Part shown: positions 11,029 to 24,842 of the stretch, piece by piece
Layout of the letters: each line of letters opens with the position of its first letter
Numbering within the stretch: the stretch's first letter is position 1
Assembly (NCBI GenBank): GCA_013265495.1
Contig: MU058213.1
Coordinates: forward strand, 2,914,001-2,978,000
Length of the DNA stretch: 64,000 nt
Source of the DNA: Vicugna vicugna
Taxonomy: Eukaryota
Reading direction: 5' to 3'
The notes under the pieces: generated by a model
Databases searched by the model: none
Told to the model about the DNA's origin: nothing
Seen by the model: the letters and a program-made list of their open reading frames with translations, nothing else
Made by a program: the position numbers and the translations under genes

Positions 11029-11924
11029 ACTTAAGGAAAATTAATCATATAATCTTGGATTCTGCAATAGCTGGAAAAAGAGAAAGTTGGCCAAGTCAAG
11101 AATATATGCTACCTGAGAAGCCAGATCCCAAGCCATTCAAAAGAAAGGCAAGATTGAGTCCACACTTTGGTCTCCATAAAAGAAAGTTACTCACAAAGTT
11201 GGAAGGTTTTAAAAATAATTTTGATTATATAAGCATGAAGTCCTGATTAAAAGGATAAGAAATGTACTCAAATAAGTGTTATGTGGACAGGACTTTTTCA
11301 AAATGGAAATAGGTGGGAGAGAAGGCTTTGTAATGAAAGAATGGATGCCCAGGAGGTTCTCTGGTGAACTCACATTCTCACAAATTATTTTCACATCAAC
11401 TTGTAAATATGTACAAAAGTTGGAAATCAGATGCATAATCATGTTATGACTATAAAAGAATTCTTAGAATTAGAAAAAAAAAGATAGTGTGAGGTTGGCT
11501 GAAACTTGTAGTAAGCTGAGTCTTGAAGGACAATGGGGACAAAGGAGAGAAGAATAACCTAGAAAGGATGGAAGGAAGTTACAAAGTGAAATATCTTTAA
11601 GAACAAAGGGAAGAAATCAGCTAAATAACATTAGCTGCAGCTTACAGGCAGGAGGACAAAAATGGGAAGAGCTGCGGGTTGAGCTTCAGTGAAACTGGTT
11701 TCTCACCTGGAAAAGTATCACCTTAACTTCCTCGAGTTTCCACATCCTTCTTGATCCTACATAGTTCTTTATGCCAGGGAATCTATTTGGATCTATACAT
11801 AGACCACACACTTGGTCCACCTCCTTCTTCCCAAGATGCCCATTTTTCTGAGTAGATTTTTTTCTTTGACTATTTAAGTTCCTACAGTTCTGTTCAACCT
11901 TCTTAGAGTCCTCCTACTGTAGAG

Positions 11925-12636
11925 TGTTTAGGTGAATGAGGACAGGTACAAATTAAAAATAAGACAATTCTGACTGATGAAAATAGGGGAAGAGATTTCC
12001 CTCTCCCTTTTCTTTGAGTACTTACTTTAGGAAATTTGCAATTGTAAGTGCTTTCTTATCTCTTTGAAATGTACATAAATCCTTTTGAAGACCAGATGGG
12101 CCTTCTGTTAGCTAGCCTTTTGTCTATTTAATGACCAATAATGTCTTCCTCAAGGACATGGGAGCCATCTGTTTGAACTGCAGACATCAAAAGAGATAGC
12201 ACCCTTCCCCTAGTTTCTATTGGAAGGTATGAGCCTAATTTCAGTGGACATCTTGCTCCAAGTTGCAAAACTAACACCTTATCCTAAAAATAAGAGAAGT
12301 TTGTTTTTCCCCTGAATAAAGCAATTTAGCTATTACAGATGGTCACCCCAATTACCAGATAAAGTTAGAATGAACAGTGTGTGACAAATGGTGTTGTCGA
12401 GTCCTCTCACTTGAAGACCAGTTATTGTTTATCTTGAAAACATGTATCAGCTTTGCTATATTAAAACATGTGATTTCTTTCTATCTTTGCAATCTCTTAA
12501 AGCTGATTGCCAGTAATACACAGCCCATTCTGGTTTAATGTTTATTCAACAATAGAAGTGTTTCCTTTCTCTTACTACCTTTGTGAAGGGAATTTCTGGG
12601 TTGAGAGAATTTGTTTTTAATTATATTCCTCCAAAA
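11925..12636 (+). mobile_element. ERV1-class solo LTR (MER92-like)
   Basis: tgtttaggtgaatgaggacaggtacaaattaaaaataagac…caaggacatgggagccatctgtttgaa…ttgtttttaattatattcctccaa; subfamily name from recall. Confidence 0.7.
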
Positions 12637-12907
12637 GATACCAAACATTCTTTTCCTGATGGCTTATTGAAAATTAACATACAAACATACTTCTAAAGAC
12701 ACATTTATGCCTGTAGGTAAAGAGAGAAACTTAAAATACATACAGTTCGGGAATGTTGCTTTATACATCTCAGCAGCTAACATCTTCAATGTTGTATGTC
12801 TTATGGTTGGATAAAAATTTTTTAAATTCTTTTGCATAATTCCAAGTAAGTAAATGTCAGGAGTGACCTTGCATTTCTGTCCTTAAAAACAAAAAACAAA
12901 AAACAAA

Positions 12908-13643
12908 ACCCTAATACACCGCTGGTGGGAATAGAGTTTGGTGCAGCCATTATGGATAACATTGTGGCGATTCCTCAAAAAACTCAAAATATACTTACCA
13001 TATGATCCAGCATTCCTACTCCTGGGCATATATCCAGAGGGAACTCTAATTCCAAAAGATACATGCACCCCAATGTTCACAGCAGCACTATTTACAACAG
13101 CCAAGACATGGAAGCAACAGATGACTGGATAAAGAAGATGTGGTATATTTTACAACAGAATAATACTCAGCCATAAAAAAGAATAAAATAATGCTATTTG
13201 CAGCAACATAGATAGACCTGGAGATCATCATTCTAAGTGAAATAAGCCAGAAAGAGGAAGAAAAAAATACCATGATATCACTCATATGTGTAACCTAAAA
13301 AAAAAAAAAGGGAAAGAAAAAAGAGGATACTAATGAACTCATCTACAAAACAGAAACAGACTCACAGACAGTAAACAACCTCCTTATGGTTACTGGGGGA
13401 AAGGGGAGGGAAGGGATAAATTTGGGAGTTTGAGATTTGCAAATATTAACCACTATATATAAAATTAAATTTTAAAAAAATGCCTTCTGTATACCATAGT
13501 GAATTATATTCAATATCTTGTAATAACCTTTAATGAAAAAGAATATGAAAATGAATACATGTATAAATATGCATGACTGGGACATTTTGCTGTACACTAG
13601 AAATTGATACATTGTAATTGACTATACTTCAATTAAAAATAAA
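12908..13643 (+). mobile_element. Young L1 3' fragment (ORF2 C-terminus + 3' UTR)
   Basis: ORF 12938 contains WRFLKKLKIYLPYDPA…[14 protein letters not shown]; camelid-like tail. Confidence 0.95.
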
Positions 13644-14519
13644 GACTCTGATCTATTTAATAATGTTGAAATGACATCCAGAAATTTTTCAAAGGGAATA
13701 TTTGCAGGCTACATAACAGAAGAGTCATTGTGTTCTACTGAAATCACTATCTTTCTATAACAAAACATTTCATTAGATCATTGAAACCATAGAAATCATT
13801 TGGCAGCATGTTCTCTCCCACCAGCTGCTATATGTCAGTATCAATCGGCCTTTGATAGATATTTGCTAATAGAAGTGATGTGTTTCCCCATGGGGTAGGG
13901 ACTAACAGTCATTGTTGAGAGACAGGTATCGTTCTCCTGCATAGAAAACAGGAAACCAAAGATGGCCATGTAGTGATGAATACAGAGAAAATCTTAATGA
14001 GAGATATAGAGGGCTAACTTCCCTGAGGTCAGTAACCACTATGTTTTAGTAACATGGAGTTAAACACAATTGTCAGAGATATCAGTGCAATACGAAGATG
14101 AAGAATATGGATAACACATGGGCTTCATTCTACATGCCAACTTGAATTGGGAGTGATTGACTGGAATGCTGCGCTGAGGAAATTTCTGAGTTGTGTTCAT
14201 CATGACTGTAGAAGCAGGGGGTAGCAGTCCACAGGTTACATATTTACTTTTCCTAGTACAAAAGCTTCTTTTGTACTTTGTGCCTTGATTAGACCTTGTA
14301 CTTACTGCCTGGTTTGCAACGGAGAGCCAGGAAATGACTGCAGTTAGTTAGATGACAAATTCCAACACAGGCTGCAGCATGAGAAATAACTGGTAAGTTT
14401 TGACCATAAGAACTCAACTCACCCAAAGCCATATGTGGGATGGCTGTGGGGGAGACCTCTGTTCAATAATTCTCCCAATTTAAGAGCTAAAGGGCTTGGC
14501 TTACACAGGAAAATATATA

Positions 14520-14533
14520 NNNNNNNNNNNNNN
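14520..14533. other. Assembly gap next to (TA)n
   Basis: 14 N bases. Confidence 1.
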
Positions 14534-14709
14534 AAATATAAATATATATATATATATATAATTCAACTAGCTTCCAGAAAAGCAGAGGAGAACACTCATT
14601 AAGGGCTATGATAAGCAGTAATCCTGTGGAGCATTTTTGAAGGAGTCACACCTCTCCTTGCTTGTTGATTTTTAATTTTTTCTTCAAATCTTAACCTCCT
14701 ATATTTATT

Positions 14710-14860
14710 GAATTTTAGACCTGGAAGGTATCTTGGAAGTTACGAATTTCAATGCCATCATTTTCCAGGAACAGAATGAAGGTGAAGCCCAGAAAGGTAA
14801 ACTGTTTAAGGTCACACAGCTACTAAGTGGCAGAACCAGGTCTAAAAGCCCTAAGATCAG
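14710..14860 (-). mobile_element. MIR fragment
   Basis: tgaagcccagaaaggtaaact..taaggtcacacagctactaagtggcagaaccagg. Confidence 0.7.
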
Positions 14861-17177
14861 GAAAAGTGCAGGGCTCTTTCATTTCACTATTCTGTGAGAC
14901 TGACCCTTACTTTTCTGTGAGACTGATCTTCCCGCCTTCATTCAGTCAGCCTGAAGTTCTTCTCTCAGGCAAACCCTCACCTCATGGAAGGGCTCCACAG
15001 GGTCCTGCACCTAGACGTGAAGGCATGTCTTCAGTGGACACATTTGAGCACAGGGGGACCTACACGGCTGACGCCCAGAGCCTTCTGTGCCTTATAAGAA
15101 TTAGGTACCTGTCACCCCCAGCTGTTCTTTTTAGGTGCCCAGAGTCCCATCAGAAAGTCGGATCAGGCTTCCATTCTGGGAAAAGTTCCCACCTCATACC
15201 TCTCATGCAGGGTCAAATCAATAAACAGTAGCCCCCCTACCCTACCTTTCATGGGACCTCTCTGTTCCTTGAGACCTTTAGTTCACCAGCTTCTCAAATG
15301 TAGTCCCCATGGGTCCTCATCTCCTATTCCTGACTTCTCCCAAGCATGTTAAAAAAAGTAGCACTCTTATTACCTGTTAATATTTCTAGTTTCTTCTTCA
15401 CTGTTAATGAGGCTGACTAAACACTGAGGCTGAAATTTTTAAAGTCATGACTTATGAAATAGAGTTCAATGGTCAACACTGGAAACCTGAAATAGCCTTA
15501 CCTCTTTTGGGGGGAATGCTTTTGGGCAGACATTTCCAACAAATTTTAGCTGCTTAGCTAAGATTCATGGGATTTTTGTGTGCTAGTGCTCATTTCCAAA
15601 CATTAGGATGAGAGAACAACTTCAGATCAGGCCAATTCTCTCCTCGGTCATGCTCTGGGATCAGTACCAAGGAGACCATTCCATAATTCTTCTGATGCTT
15701 TACATTTGTAAAATATTTATTCTCCTCCAAGTTTCTCTAAAACACAATGTTACAGACCTTTTATCACATTTTTCATATATAGAACAATTCAGAGCACAAG
15801 CATGACAAGGCTGGTTGGTTAATATTTCATTATCACTCCTCAGTGTATACTGGCAACCAAGAAGCCATAGATTTCAATGCATACGAAGAGACCAATAACC
15901 ACATAAATAATATCAGCAATGGTAACTCTCCTGGAACGTGAACATTTTAAAAATCTTACAACACATCATGACAGATAACAGTTTTCTCTACCTCTATTAG
16001 GACCTTCTCAGGGTGAGTGAGGTTCTTTTGGGGCCCTAACAGAGCCAAAATCAACAGCAGGATATAATCTACAATAAAAGAAACCAAGACCCTGGAGGCC
16101 CTCTACCAGGCTTCAGCATGACCGTATTGGAACATCTAATCTTCCTAAGTTCACCCCTGCAAGGGAGCATCAGAGAGAAGCAGCTGTAGGGACAGCAGCA
16201 AAGAACAAGCAAACGACTCTTCTAGAGCTGCCAACAGTCAAGGGACTGACAAACCCCCTTTGATCTTCTCATCTTTCAAAGTTGCTTTGAAATGTAGAGA
16301 CTCAGAAATATCCTAGCAAGCAAGGCAACATGGTCTTTCTTTTGCTTTTATAGGTCATTAATAGGAGCTCATACATGTTACTTCAAAATTATGGGTTATA
16401 CTGAGAGAAATAAATGGCCATTTCCTTTGTGTGGAGTTTGTCAAGAAGAGAGGCCCAGGACCACTATCTATATACCTGCATTGTCATGAGAAGCAAAAAA
16501 GAAAGATGACCTAAAGGGCACACCATGAGAAAGCAGCCACACAACAGAAATAGCACCAAGTCTGTGGATGATCAGAGCCATTTACAAGCTGTCAACTTAA
16601 AGTCATAATAGCTGGAGCAAGAGCAAAGGGAGCAGAAGACAGATCCTTCCCTGAAGAGAGAGCAGGCAAGAAACTGACCAGAAGAAAAGAGCACATCAAG
16701 AAAAAGTTCAAAAGATGAGTTTTGCAAGGAGATCAACACCACCACAGACACAGGACATTACAGATGGACACTGTCAACCCCTTGCAAGACCCACAGGCAA
16801 ATGACAAATGAGTAGATATCAAAACAGCTAAACTGAAGCTGGCTTGGCTTTCCCTGACCTGAGCCCCCCAGTAACTGTGTGAGGAGGTTATGTTGCTAAC
16901 TACATTCACTTTTATATAACATGTCCAAAGTAAAGTATCTTAGTTAAGCTATTTAACAATTTTACTAAATTTATTAGTCACATATCTCCCCAAAGAGGTC
17001 TGACTGGTCTTCTGTGGCTAGTGGAAACCCTCAGCTGTAGTCTCAGCAGTCCACACCAGTATAGCTAGAGCCACCACGGGGAACCGCAGAGCATAGCACC
17101 AACAGCACTTGAATGCAATTTGGTGGAGTCCCAGGTGGCTGCCAATTTTACCTCAGTTCTTCCCTCCCTCTAAAATA

Positions 17178-17329
17178 GGGGTCAGCAAACTATAGTAGCT
17201 TGTGGGTCAAATCCAGTTAGCTGCCTGATTTTGTAAATAAGGCTTTATTGAAACACAACCACATCCACTTGACTACATATTGCCTATGGCTGCTCTGTCA
17301 CGATAATGGCAGAATTGAGCAGTTGCAAC
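17178..17329 (+). mobile_element. MER58A hAT-Charlie MITE (partial)
   Basis: ggggtcagcaaactat…gggtcaaatccag…ttgtaaataaggctttattgaaacacaaccac…gcagaattgagcagttgcaac. Confidence 0.85.
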
Positions 17330-18079
17330 CATCAGCACACTTTCTCCAGCATTTGCATCTTTTCTCCTACTTGTCTTTCCTTCTTCGCTTTTAGGACTAT
17401 TATTCAGCCATAGTCTCAACTCCAGAAAGTGTCTGGATTCCCATCTAATCAGGCCATCTAGAACCCAGCTGCCACTAGTGGTTCATTCTAGTTTTGTTTT
17501 GGAATTTTGAGAATTTTCACTGTTATGGTTTCCAACTCATTGGAAATTTCTTAAGTTAAAAATAGTGCTGTTGGTAACAAGCCAAAAAAAAAAAAGTTAA
17601 ATATCTCCCTCTTCCTTCCATTCTACCTCTTGAAGTAATCAGTATTAATATTTCAATTCCTCTACATTCTTCTCTAGGGGCAGCTTTAAAAAAAAATCTC
17701 TATTATTACAATAAGGTTGAGAGGATAAAATACTTAACATTTACTATGGAGAGCACATTTATTCACTAAAGAAATATTTTTGAATACCTGTATGTTTTAA
17801 GCGCTGTTCTAAGTGCTGAAAAATCAAGATTCTCTAGGACAGATATTTGAATATCAAATAATATCAGTTGTTTCTTTTCACAGAGTGGTTAAAGAACTCC
17901 ATCATGCTTAGAAAAGTGGTGACAGTTTGATTGCACACACTAGCCAGTCAAGCCAAGAATGAATAATATTAGGCAAAAGGAGGACTAATAACTAGTTGGA
18001 GGCATTCTCCAGATCTAGAAAGATAATCGACTCAAAATCTAGGGTATAAAAATAATGAACCAGGAGATCTCTTCTCATA

Positions 18080-19115
18080 CAGCTGACCCCTGAACAACAC
18101 AATTTTGAACTGCACGAGCCTACTGTATACATTTTTTTAGTAAATATGTTGGAAACGTTTTAGGATATTTGCAACAATTTGAAAAACAATTTGAAAAAAC
18201 TCACATATGGCCTAGAAATATCGGAAAAAATAAGAAAAAGTTAGGTATGTCATGATTGCATAAAATGTATATATGGAGATACTAGTCTATTTTATCATTT
18301 ACTATAATAAAATGTACACGAATTTATTACATAATAAGTTAAAATTGATCAAAACTTACACAAACACTTAACAGATCACACATGGTACCATTCGCAGTCA
18401 AGAGAAATGTGAGCAAACATAAATATGCAGTATTAAGTCATAATTAACTGTAAAATTAACTGCAGCACATACTGAACCACTGTAATAATTTCATAGCCAA
18501 CCCCTGTGGCTATTGCAGCGAGCTCAAGTGTTGCAAGTATCCACTTAAGGTGCCATGTGACACTAATCATCTCTGTGTGAGTAGTTCATCTCCCCAGTAA
18601 ATTGCATATTGCAGTAAAAAGTAATCTCACACTCTTACATATTTTTCATTGTGTTTAACACATTACTGCAAACCTTGAATAACACCATGGGATTCATGTG
18701 AAGTGCCACTAGTGATGCTGGAAGTGGTCCCAAGAAGCAGAGAAAAGTTTGACGTTACAAAAAAAAGTTGAATTGCTTGATATGTACCACAGATTGAGGT
18801 CTGCAGCTGCACTTGCCTACTATTTCAAGATAAATAAATCCAGTGTAAGGACCATTGTTAAAAAAAAAAAATAAAAGGAAAGGAAATTCATGAAGCCATG
18901 ACTGCAGCTACACCAGCAGGCACAAAAACTTTGCACATTTTGCAAAATATCTTTTCACCTTGTATTGAAAATGCAGCTTTTATGTAGATGCAGGATCGCT
19001 ATAAGAAAGCCATACCTACAGACTCTAATATGATTCGAGAAAAAGTGAGGCCATTATATGACAACTTAAAGCAAAAGGAATGTGAAGGATCTAAAGCTGG
19101 AGAATGTAGCAGCAG
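18080..19115 (+). mobile_element. Tigger2 (TcMar) 5' portion with transposase N-terminal remnant
   Basis: TA then cagctgacccctgaacaacac TIR; translations PKKQRKV, KKVELLDMYHRLRSAAA and the ORF 18988 peptide QDRYKKAIPTDSNMIREKVRPLYDNLK; frameshifted. Confidence 0.9.
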
Positions 19116-19429
19116 TTTCCAGATGCCATTAAGAAAATCACTGAGAAATCAACCATATGAAAAAGAAAGAAAAAGGAAGGAAGGAAGGAAGGAAGGTGGG
19201 GGAGGGAGGTGGGGGAGGAAAGTCATTAAAGATATTTAGCAACAAGTCTGGTTCTCTTCCATCCAGGAGTTAGGTAATACGGCAGGACTTTCACTGGAGA
19301 TAGGAAATTGGAAAGAGGGAGACCAATTATGGTCTACGCAAGGATTAAATAAAAAATATGCCTTAACTAAGGCATATATAGGGGGCGCTATAGTACAGCA
19401 TGTGTCTGCTAGAGATTTTAAGATGAGAA

Positions 19430-19730
19430 TTCAGTGTTGACAGGATAAGACACTGAGTGAGAGCAAATGTCCAGTTTCTGGCCTGCATAATTGGGTGGAA
19501 CTGGATGGTGCCATTCATTGACAGAATACAATCATAATTGGGCAGAAGGATTATGGTGAGTTGAATTTGAGACAAAAAAATATTTGAGGTACCATGTAAA
19601 GATGTACAGAAGTTGGATATACAGGTCTGGAATGCTGGAGAGAAATCTAAGTAATCTATAGGTTACTTAGAGAACACATAATAATTGAAGTCACGAATCT
19701 GAATTAGCTCTTTCAAAGAGAGATGCAAGA
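19430..19730 (-). mobile_element. L2 fragment
   Basis: ctggatggtgccattcattgac…gagttgaatttgagac…agttggatatacaggtctggaatgctggagagaaatct. Confidence 0.7.
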
Positions 19731-19930
19731 ACAGCATTACCCAGTATAAATTTCTGTAATGACAGAAACATTCTGTATCTACCAAGTTCAGTACTGTAGT
19801 CATTAAATATATGTGGCTAATGAGCTCTTGAAATATGACTGGTGTGACTAAGGAACTGAATTTTTAATTTTGTCTAATTTTGATTTATTACCACCTATAG
19901 CCAGTGGCTCCCATTACGGACAACACAGCT
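19731..19930. mobile_element. MER3 hAT MITE
   Basis: tttctgtaatgacagaaacattctgtatct…atgtggctaatgagctcttgaaatatgactggtgtgactaaggaactgaattttt. Confidence 0.85.
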
Positions 19931-20064
19931 CCTAAGTGAAAGCACAATAAGCCAAGACTGGAATCTCAAGAAACACTGAAAAGCATACTCTACATGTGTA
20001 CCCATATATGTGCCCAGCTACGCACTCTGTGTACGTCTGTGTGTTAAAATGGAATAGCTTCAAC

Positions 20065-21072
20065 TTTTGCTTCCAGCCAAAATGGAGTAACAGAGACCAG
20101 ATTCACCTCTCACTTGAAAAAACTTTTAAAAAGGCCAAATACATAAAACAATATTTTTCGACACACTAGACCCCAGGCAATGAAAGAATATTGATTGTTG
20201 AAAAATGAAACGAATGAGATGAGCTTTTTGACTGCCCAATTTACTGCTTAGAGAAAGTATCCAGGCTATGATACAAAAAGAAGGAAAAAAGGCAGACCCT
20301 GGATAAGTCTTTTAGTTAACCAGAGTTCAGAGGCTGGAAAGCCATGATACCTAAAATTCACAAAGTAAAATACCACAGAGTATGGAGCTGCTCAGAGAGC
20401 AGAGACAAAGACAGAATCAGAGACAGACAGCAAGAACACTCTGAAGGTCTGCAAAATGTCCCCTTTGAGTTTTAAGTAATCAGCATATGCATGTGAAGAA
20501 ACCATTTGAGACCAGGTTTAAAAACCTGGAATGTTTAGGGGGAACCATCCTTTGGGCTCACATGGAGCCAGAAATAATTCCTATTCCCACCAGCCAGAGC
20601 AAAAAACCTCCTAATTCCCAGAGCACTGCACAGAGTACTCAGAAAAGTTTGGCCTTAGTAGTGGGGGGAAAAAAAGCCCTAGACCAACATTTCTTAATCA
20701 CAAATGATTTTGCCTCCCAGGGGACATTAAGAAATGTCTAAAGACATTTTTATTTCTCACACTAGGGAGATTATACTGGCATACAGTGAGCAGACACCAG
20801 TCATTCTGCCAAAGGTTTTATAATATACAAAATAGTCCTCTACAACAAAGAATTATTCAACCAAAATGCCAATAGTGACAAGGTTGAGAAACCCTGCCCT
20901 AGACTAAATGCTACTTGGGTCCTCCCTAACAAAGCTTAAAAGAAAGACCTGAAAGGATCACATTGTTTCAAAACAACTTAACCACATTCCATCATAAAAC
21001 TCAACAATATTTATAGGAATACAAAAATATCCAGCACCTAACAATTTAAAATTCACAATGTCTGGCATCCAA
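20065..21072 (+). mobile_element. Old L1M (L1ME/MD-like) 5' region
   Basis: gcttccagccaaaatggagtaacagagaccagattcacctctc…aaaattcacaatgtctggcatccaa. Confidence 0.65.
20685..20896 (+). mobile_element. MER20 hAT MITE nested in the old L1
   Basis: tgattttgcctcccaggggaca…aggttgagaaaccctg; perfect 8-bp TSD CCCTAGAC (20677-20684 and 20897-20904). Confidence 0.9.
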
Positions 21073-21076
21073 ACAT

Positions 21077-22859
21077 TATCATAGAAATACAAAAAAAAAT
21101 AAGAGAATACTATGAACAACTATATGACAACAACCTGGACAACAGAAGAAACTGATAAGTTTCTAGAAACATTCATTCCATCAAAACTGAATCAAGAAGA
21201 AATAGATAATTTGAACAAACTAATCACCAGAAGTGAAATAGAATCAGTAAGTTAAAAAACAAAACAAAACAAAACTCTCTGCAAACAAAAGTTCAGGACC
21301 AGATGGCTTTACTGAGGGAATTCTACCAAACATACAAAGAACTTACACCAATCCTTCCCAAACTCTTTCAAAAGACTGAAGATGAGGGAACACTCCCAAA
21401 CTCATTCTATGAAGCCACCATAACACTGATACCAAAACCAGACAAAGACACTACCAAAATAGAAATTACAGGCCAATATCTTTGATGAACATAGGTGCAA
21501 AAATTCTCAACAAAACAGAATCCAACAACACATAAAAAAGATTATACACTACAATCAAGTTGGATTCATCCCAGGGACGCAAGGATGGTTCAACATATAC
21601 AAATCAATCAATGCGATATACCATATCAACAAAAGAAAAGACAAAAATCATATGATCATCTCAATAGATGCATAAAAAAGCATTTGATAAAATTCAGCAT
21701 CCATTCATGATAAAATAAGTCTTACCAAAATCAGTATAGAGGGAATATATCTCAACATAATAAAAGCTACATATGACAAACCCACAGCCAACATAATGGT
21801 GAAAAGTTGAAAGCCTTCCCACTAAAATCAATAACAAGACAAGGATGTCCACTCTCACTACTTCTATTCAACATAATATTGCATTTCCTAACCATAACAA
21901 TCAGACAAGAAAAAGAAATAAAAGGGATCCAAATTGGAAGAGAAGAGGTAAAATTGTCACTATATGTGGATGACATGATACTATATATAGAAAACCCTAA
22001 AAACTCAACATGAAAACTACTAGAACTGATAAACAAATTCAGCGAGGTAGCAGCATACAAGATTAACATACAGAAATCCATTGCATTTCTTTACACTAAC
22101 AATGAAACATCAGAAATGGATGGTAAAAAAAAAATCCATTTAAATAGCATCAAAAAATTAAATACTTAGGAATAAACCTGACCAAGGAAGTGAAAGACTT
22201 ATATAGGGAGAAATATAAAACACTGATTGAGGAAATTAAAGATGATTTAAAGAAATGGGAAGATACCCCATGCTCTTAGGTTAGAAGAATTAATATTGTT
22301 AAAATTGTCATACTATCCAAAGCAATCTACAGATTTAATGCAATCCCTATCAAGTTGCCTGTGAAATTTTTCACAGAACTAGAATAAATAACTCCAAAAT
22401 TTATATGTAATTAAAAAGACCCAGAATTGCCAAGCATGAGGGAAAAGAACAAAGCTGGAGGAATAACCCTCCCAGGCTTCAGACAATATTACAGAGCTAC
22501 AGTAATCAAAACAGTGTGGTATTGGCACAAAAACAGAAATATGGATCAATAGAGCAGAATAGAGAACCCAGAAATAAACCCATACATATACAGTCAATTA
22601 ATCTTTGATAAAAGAGGCAAGAATATACAATGGAGAAAAGACAAGTCTCTTTGACAAGCAGTGATGGGAAGGCTGGACAGCTCCATACAAATCAGTGAAA
22701 TTAGAACACTCCCTCACATCATAAACAAAAATAAACTCAAAATGGCTTAAAGATGTAAACATAAGACAGAACACTATAAACCTCCTAGAAGAGAACATAG
22801 GCAAAACATTCTCTGATTTAAATTGTAGCAATATTCTCCTAGGTCAATCTCCCAAGGCA
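21077..22859 (+). mobile_element. L1 ORF2 internal segment (RT region), degenerate
   Basis: ORF peptides [19 protein letters not shown]…[16 protein letters not shown] and [13 protein letters not shown]…[12 protein letters not shown]. Confidence 0.95.
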
Positions 22860-23105
22860 TGTTACAGTAGAGTCAGAGGTTGGAGTGACATCTACAAGCC
22901 AAGAAATCCAAGGATTGTTGGCAATACTAGGAACTAAGAAAAAGTAGTGGAACAGAACCTTCCCTAGATCCTCCAGAGAGCATGGGTCTGCTAATACCTT
23001 GATTTTGGACTTGTTACCTCCATAACTGTGAGACAATAAGTTTTTCTTGTTTTAAGCCACTTGGTTTATAATAATTTGTTAGAGCAGCCAAACAAAACCA
23101 ATACA
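22860..23105 (+). mobile_element. MLT1C-like MaLR LTR, 3' half only
   Basis: ttggagtgacatctacaagccaagaaatccaaggatt…ttgttttaagccac…ttgttagagcagcc..aaaccaataca. Confidence 0.8.
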
Positions 23106-23899
23106 CCATCTATGCAAGACCTGTACAGAACTGGCTAAAACTGTTCTCGTCACACTCAGCACAACACTCTCCCACTGCCTCGAGGGTATTAAAATGTTGA
23201 AACTGAAACACGCAGGATTTCTCCAATGTGCTCTGATCTCATTCCCACCTCGCCTCACTCGATGTCTGATGAATGAATTGATGCCCAATGAGATTGCCTT
23301 CATGCCCCAGGTGACATGAAATCTCTCACCTGCCACCTGCACACACAGCCCAAAAGCCACAGAGCTAGACTACTAGTGCAACTGGATCAAAATGATAGAG
23401 TTCAAATTTCAAGGAAGGAATCTACTTATTCAAGGCTCCTAAGAATATTGCCCTCAAGTACAGGAGGACTGGGCTGATGAAACTCCTAGGAGGAATGTCC
23501 GTCAGTCAACAGCAACTAAACTGTTTGTCAAGCAGACCTGCCATCACCAGATGCAGTGGTCAGAGAATCACAGGAGAGTCAGCTGGCCTCTGACCGCCCC
23601 CTTGAGCACATCATAATTCACACCAGGCTGTGGTGGGTTGTTTTACAGCACAAAGACTCTTTAATTCCCAAAGGGAATTCAGTGGCAGACTCTGAGCACT
23701 GCGGCGACAAAGACCTTGAGAACAGCGCAGAAGTAGGAGGACACATAGAATGTGGAGGGAGAGAGGTGATGGGAAGAGGCAGAGGGAGGACGTCTACAGG
23801 GCCCTGACAGCAACTTGGCTGCTTAATTAGCTGCCCTTGCTAAAAGGCCAACTCTTTCACACGCAGATCTCAGTGAGGCATCACATCTCTCAGTTCCTC

Positions 23900-24062
23900 T
23901 ATACGTAGGGGTGTATATGAGTTGGGGGAGGGTGTCTTGTGTGGTATGTGTTGTGTGGTTTGTGTATGTTTATGTCAGTGGTGTTGTGTGTCGTGTATAT
24001 GGCGGGGGGATGGTAAGTGCATGGTGTGTGGGGGGGAGGAGTGTTGAGGGGAAAGGGGTTTG
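23900..24062. repeat. GT/G-rich low-complexity tract
   Basis: Degenerate (TG)n with G runs. Confidence 0.8.
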
Positions 24063-24842
24063 TGACTGAATGCCCGGCTTCAGGATTCCCTAGGTTTGGA
24101 TGGAACAAAACAAGCCTGAGTATTTAGCTGCAACGTAAGCAGTGACTTGGACCTGATCCACACTCTGGATCATTTTTAGCAATGATGCGCCATGACTTTG
24201 CACTCTTCCTTGATATAACTGACGGCAACAGGATCCCACTGGAACAGTGGCTGCAGCTAAGGACTCTGCTTTCCAGATTACATCATCGCATAGTCCTTTT
24301 GAACAATTATGAAGCATTCTAGACCTCTGAGACATTTCAGTTACTACGTGATACTTTACAAAATTTGAGGGGCAAAAGGAAAAAGGGATTCAATATTTCA
24401 ACACTAACTCTATCTGAGAACTTTTAACCAGTCCCTCCAGTCACCTTAAAATCTGGAAACTAAGTAAACAAATGCCAAAAACCTGGTGCAAAATCGTGTG
24501 TTTTCCTCTCCTAAAGAAAGGAAAATGATGCCACAGTTAGCATAAATGTATTACCCTCTATGCCCACTGTAAAACAATAGGGCAGGTAGTCACTAAATAA
24601 AATAAAATAATTAGTATTAGTATCATTTTATAAAGAGGCACCATATCACAGATATTATAAGAATTCATATCAAGATTACTAAGCAATAAAGTTGCCCCAG
24701 CAACTCTAGCTATTTCCTCTTCAGAAATATAGTAAGAGGAAAAATTACAGACAAGTTCAGGAACTCTTACAATGCCAAATCTGATGAAAATGGAACTCTG
24801 CACTTCAAATGCATGAATAATTAGAAAATGTCTGTGAGAATC

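Noticed and set aside
18690..19239. Possible domesticated Tigger transposase (TIGD-like)
   Set aside because: Frameshifted, truncated before the DDE domain and runs into a GA-rich simple repeat.
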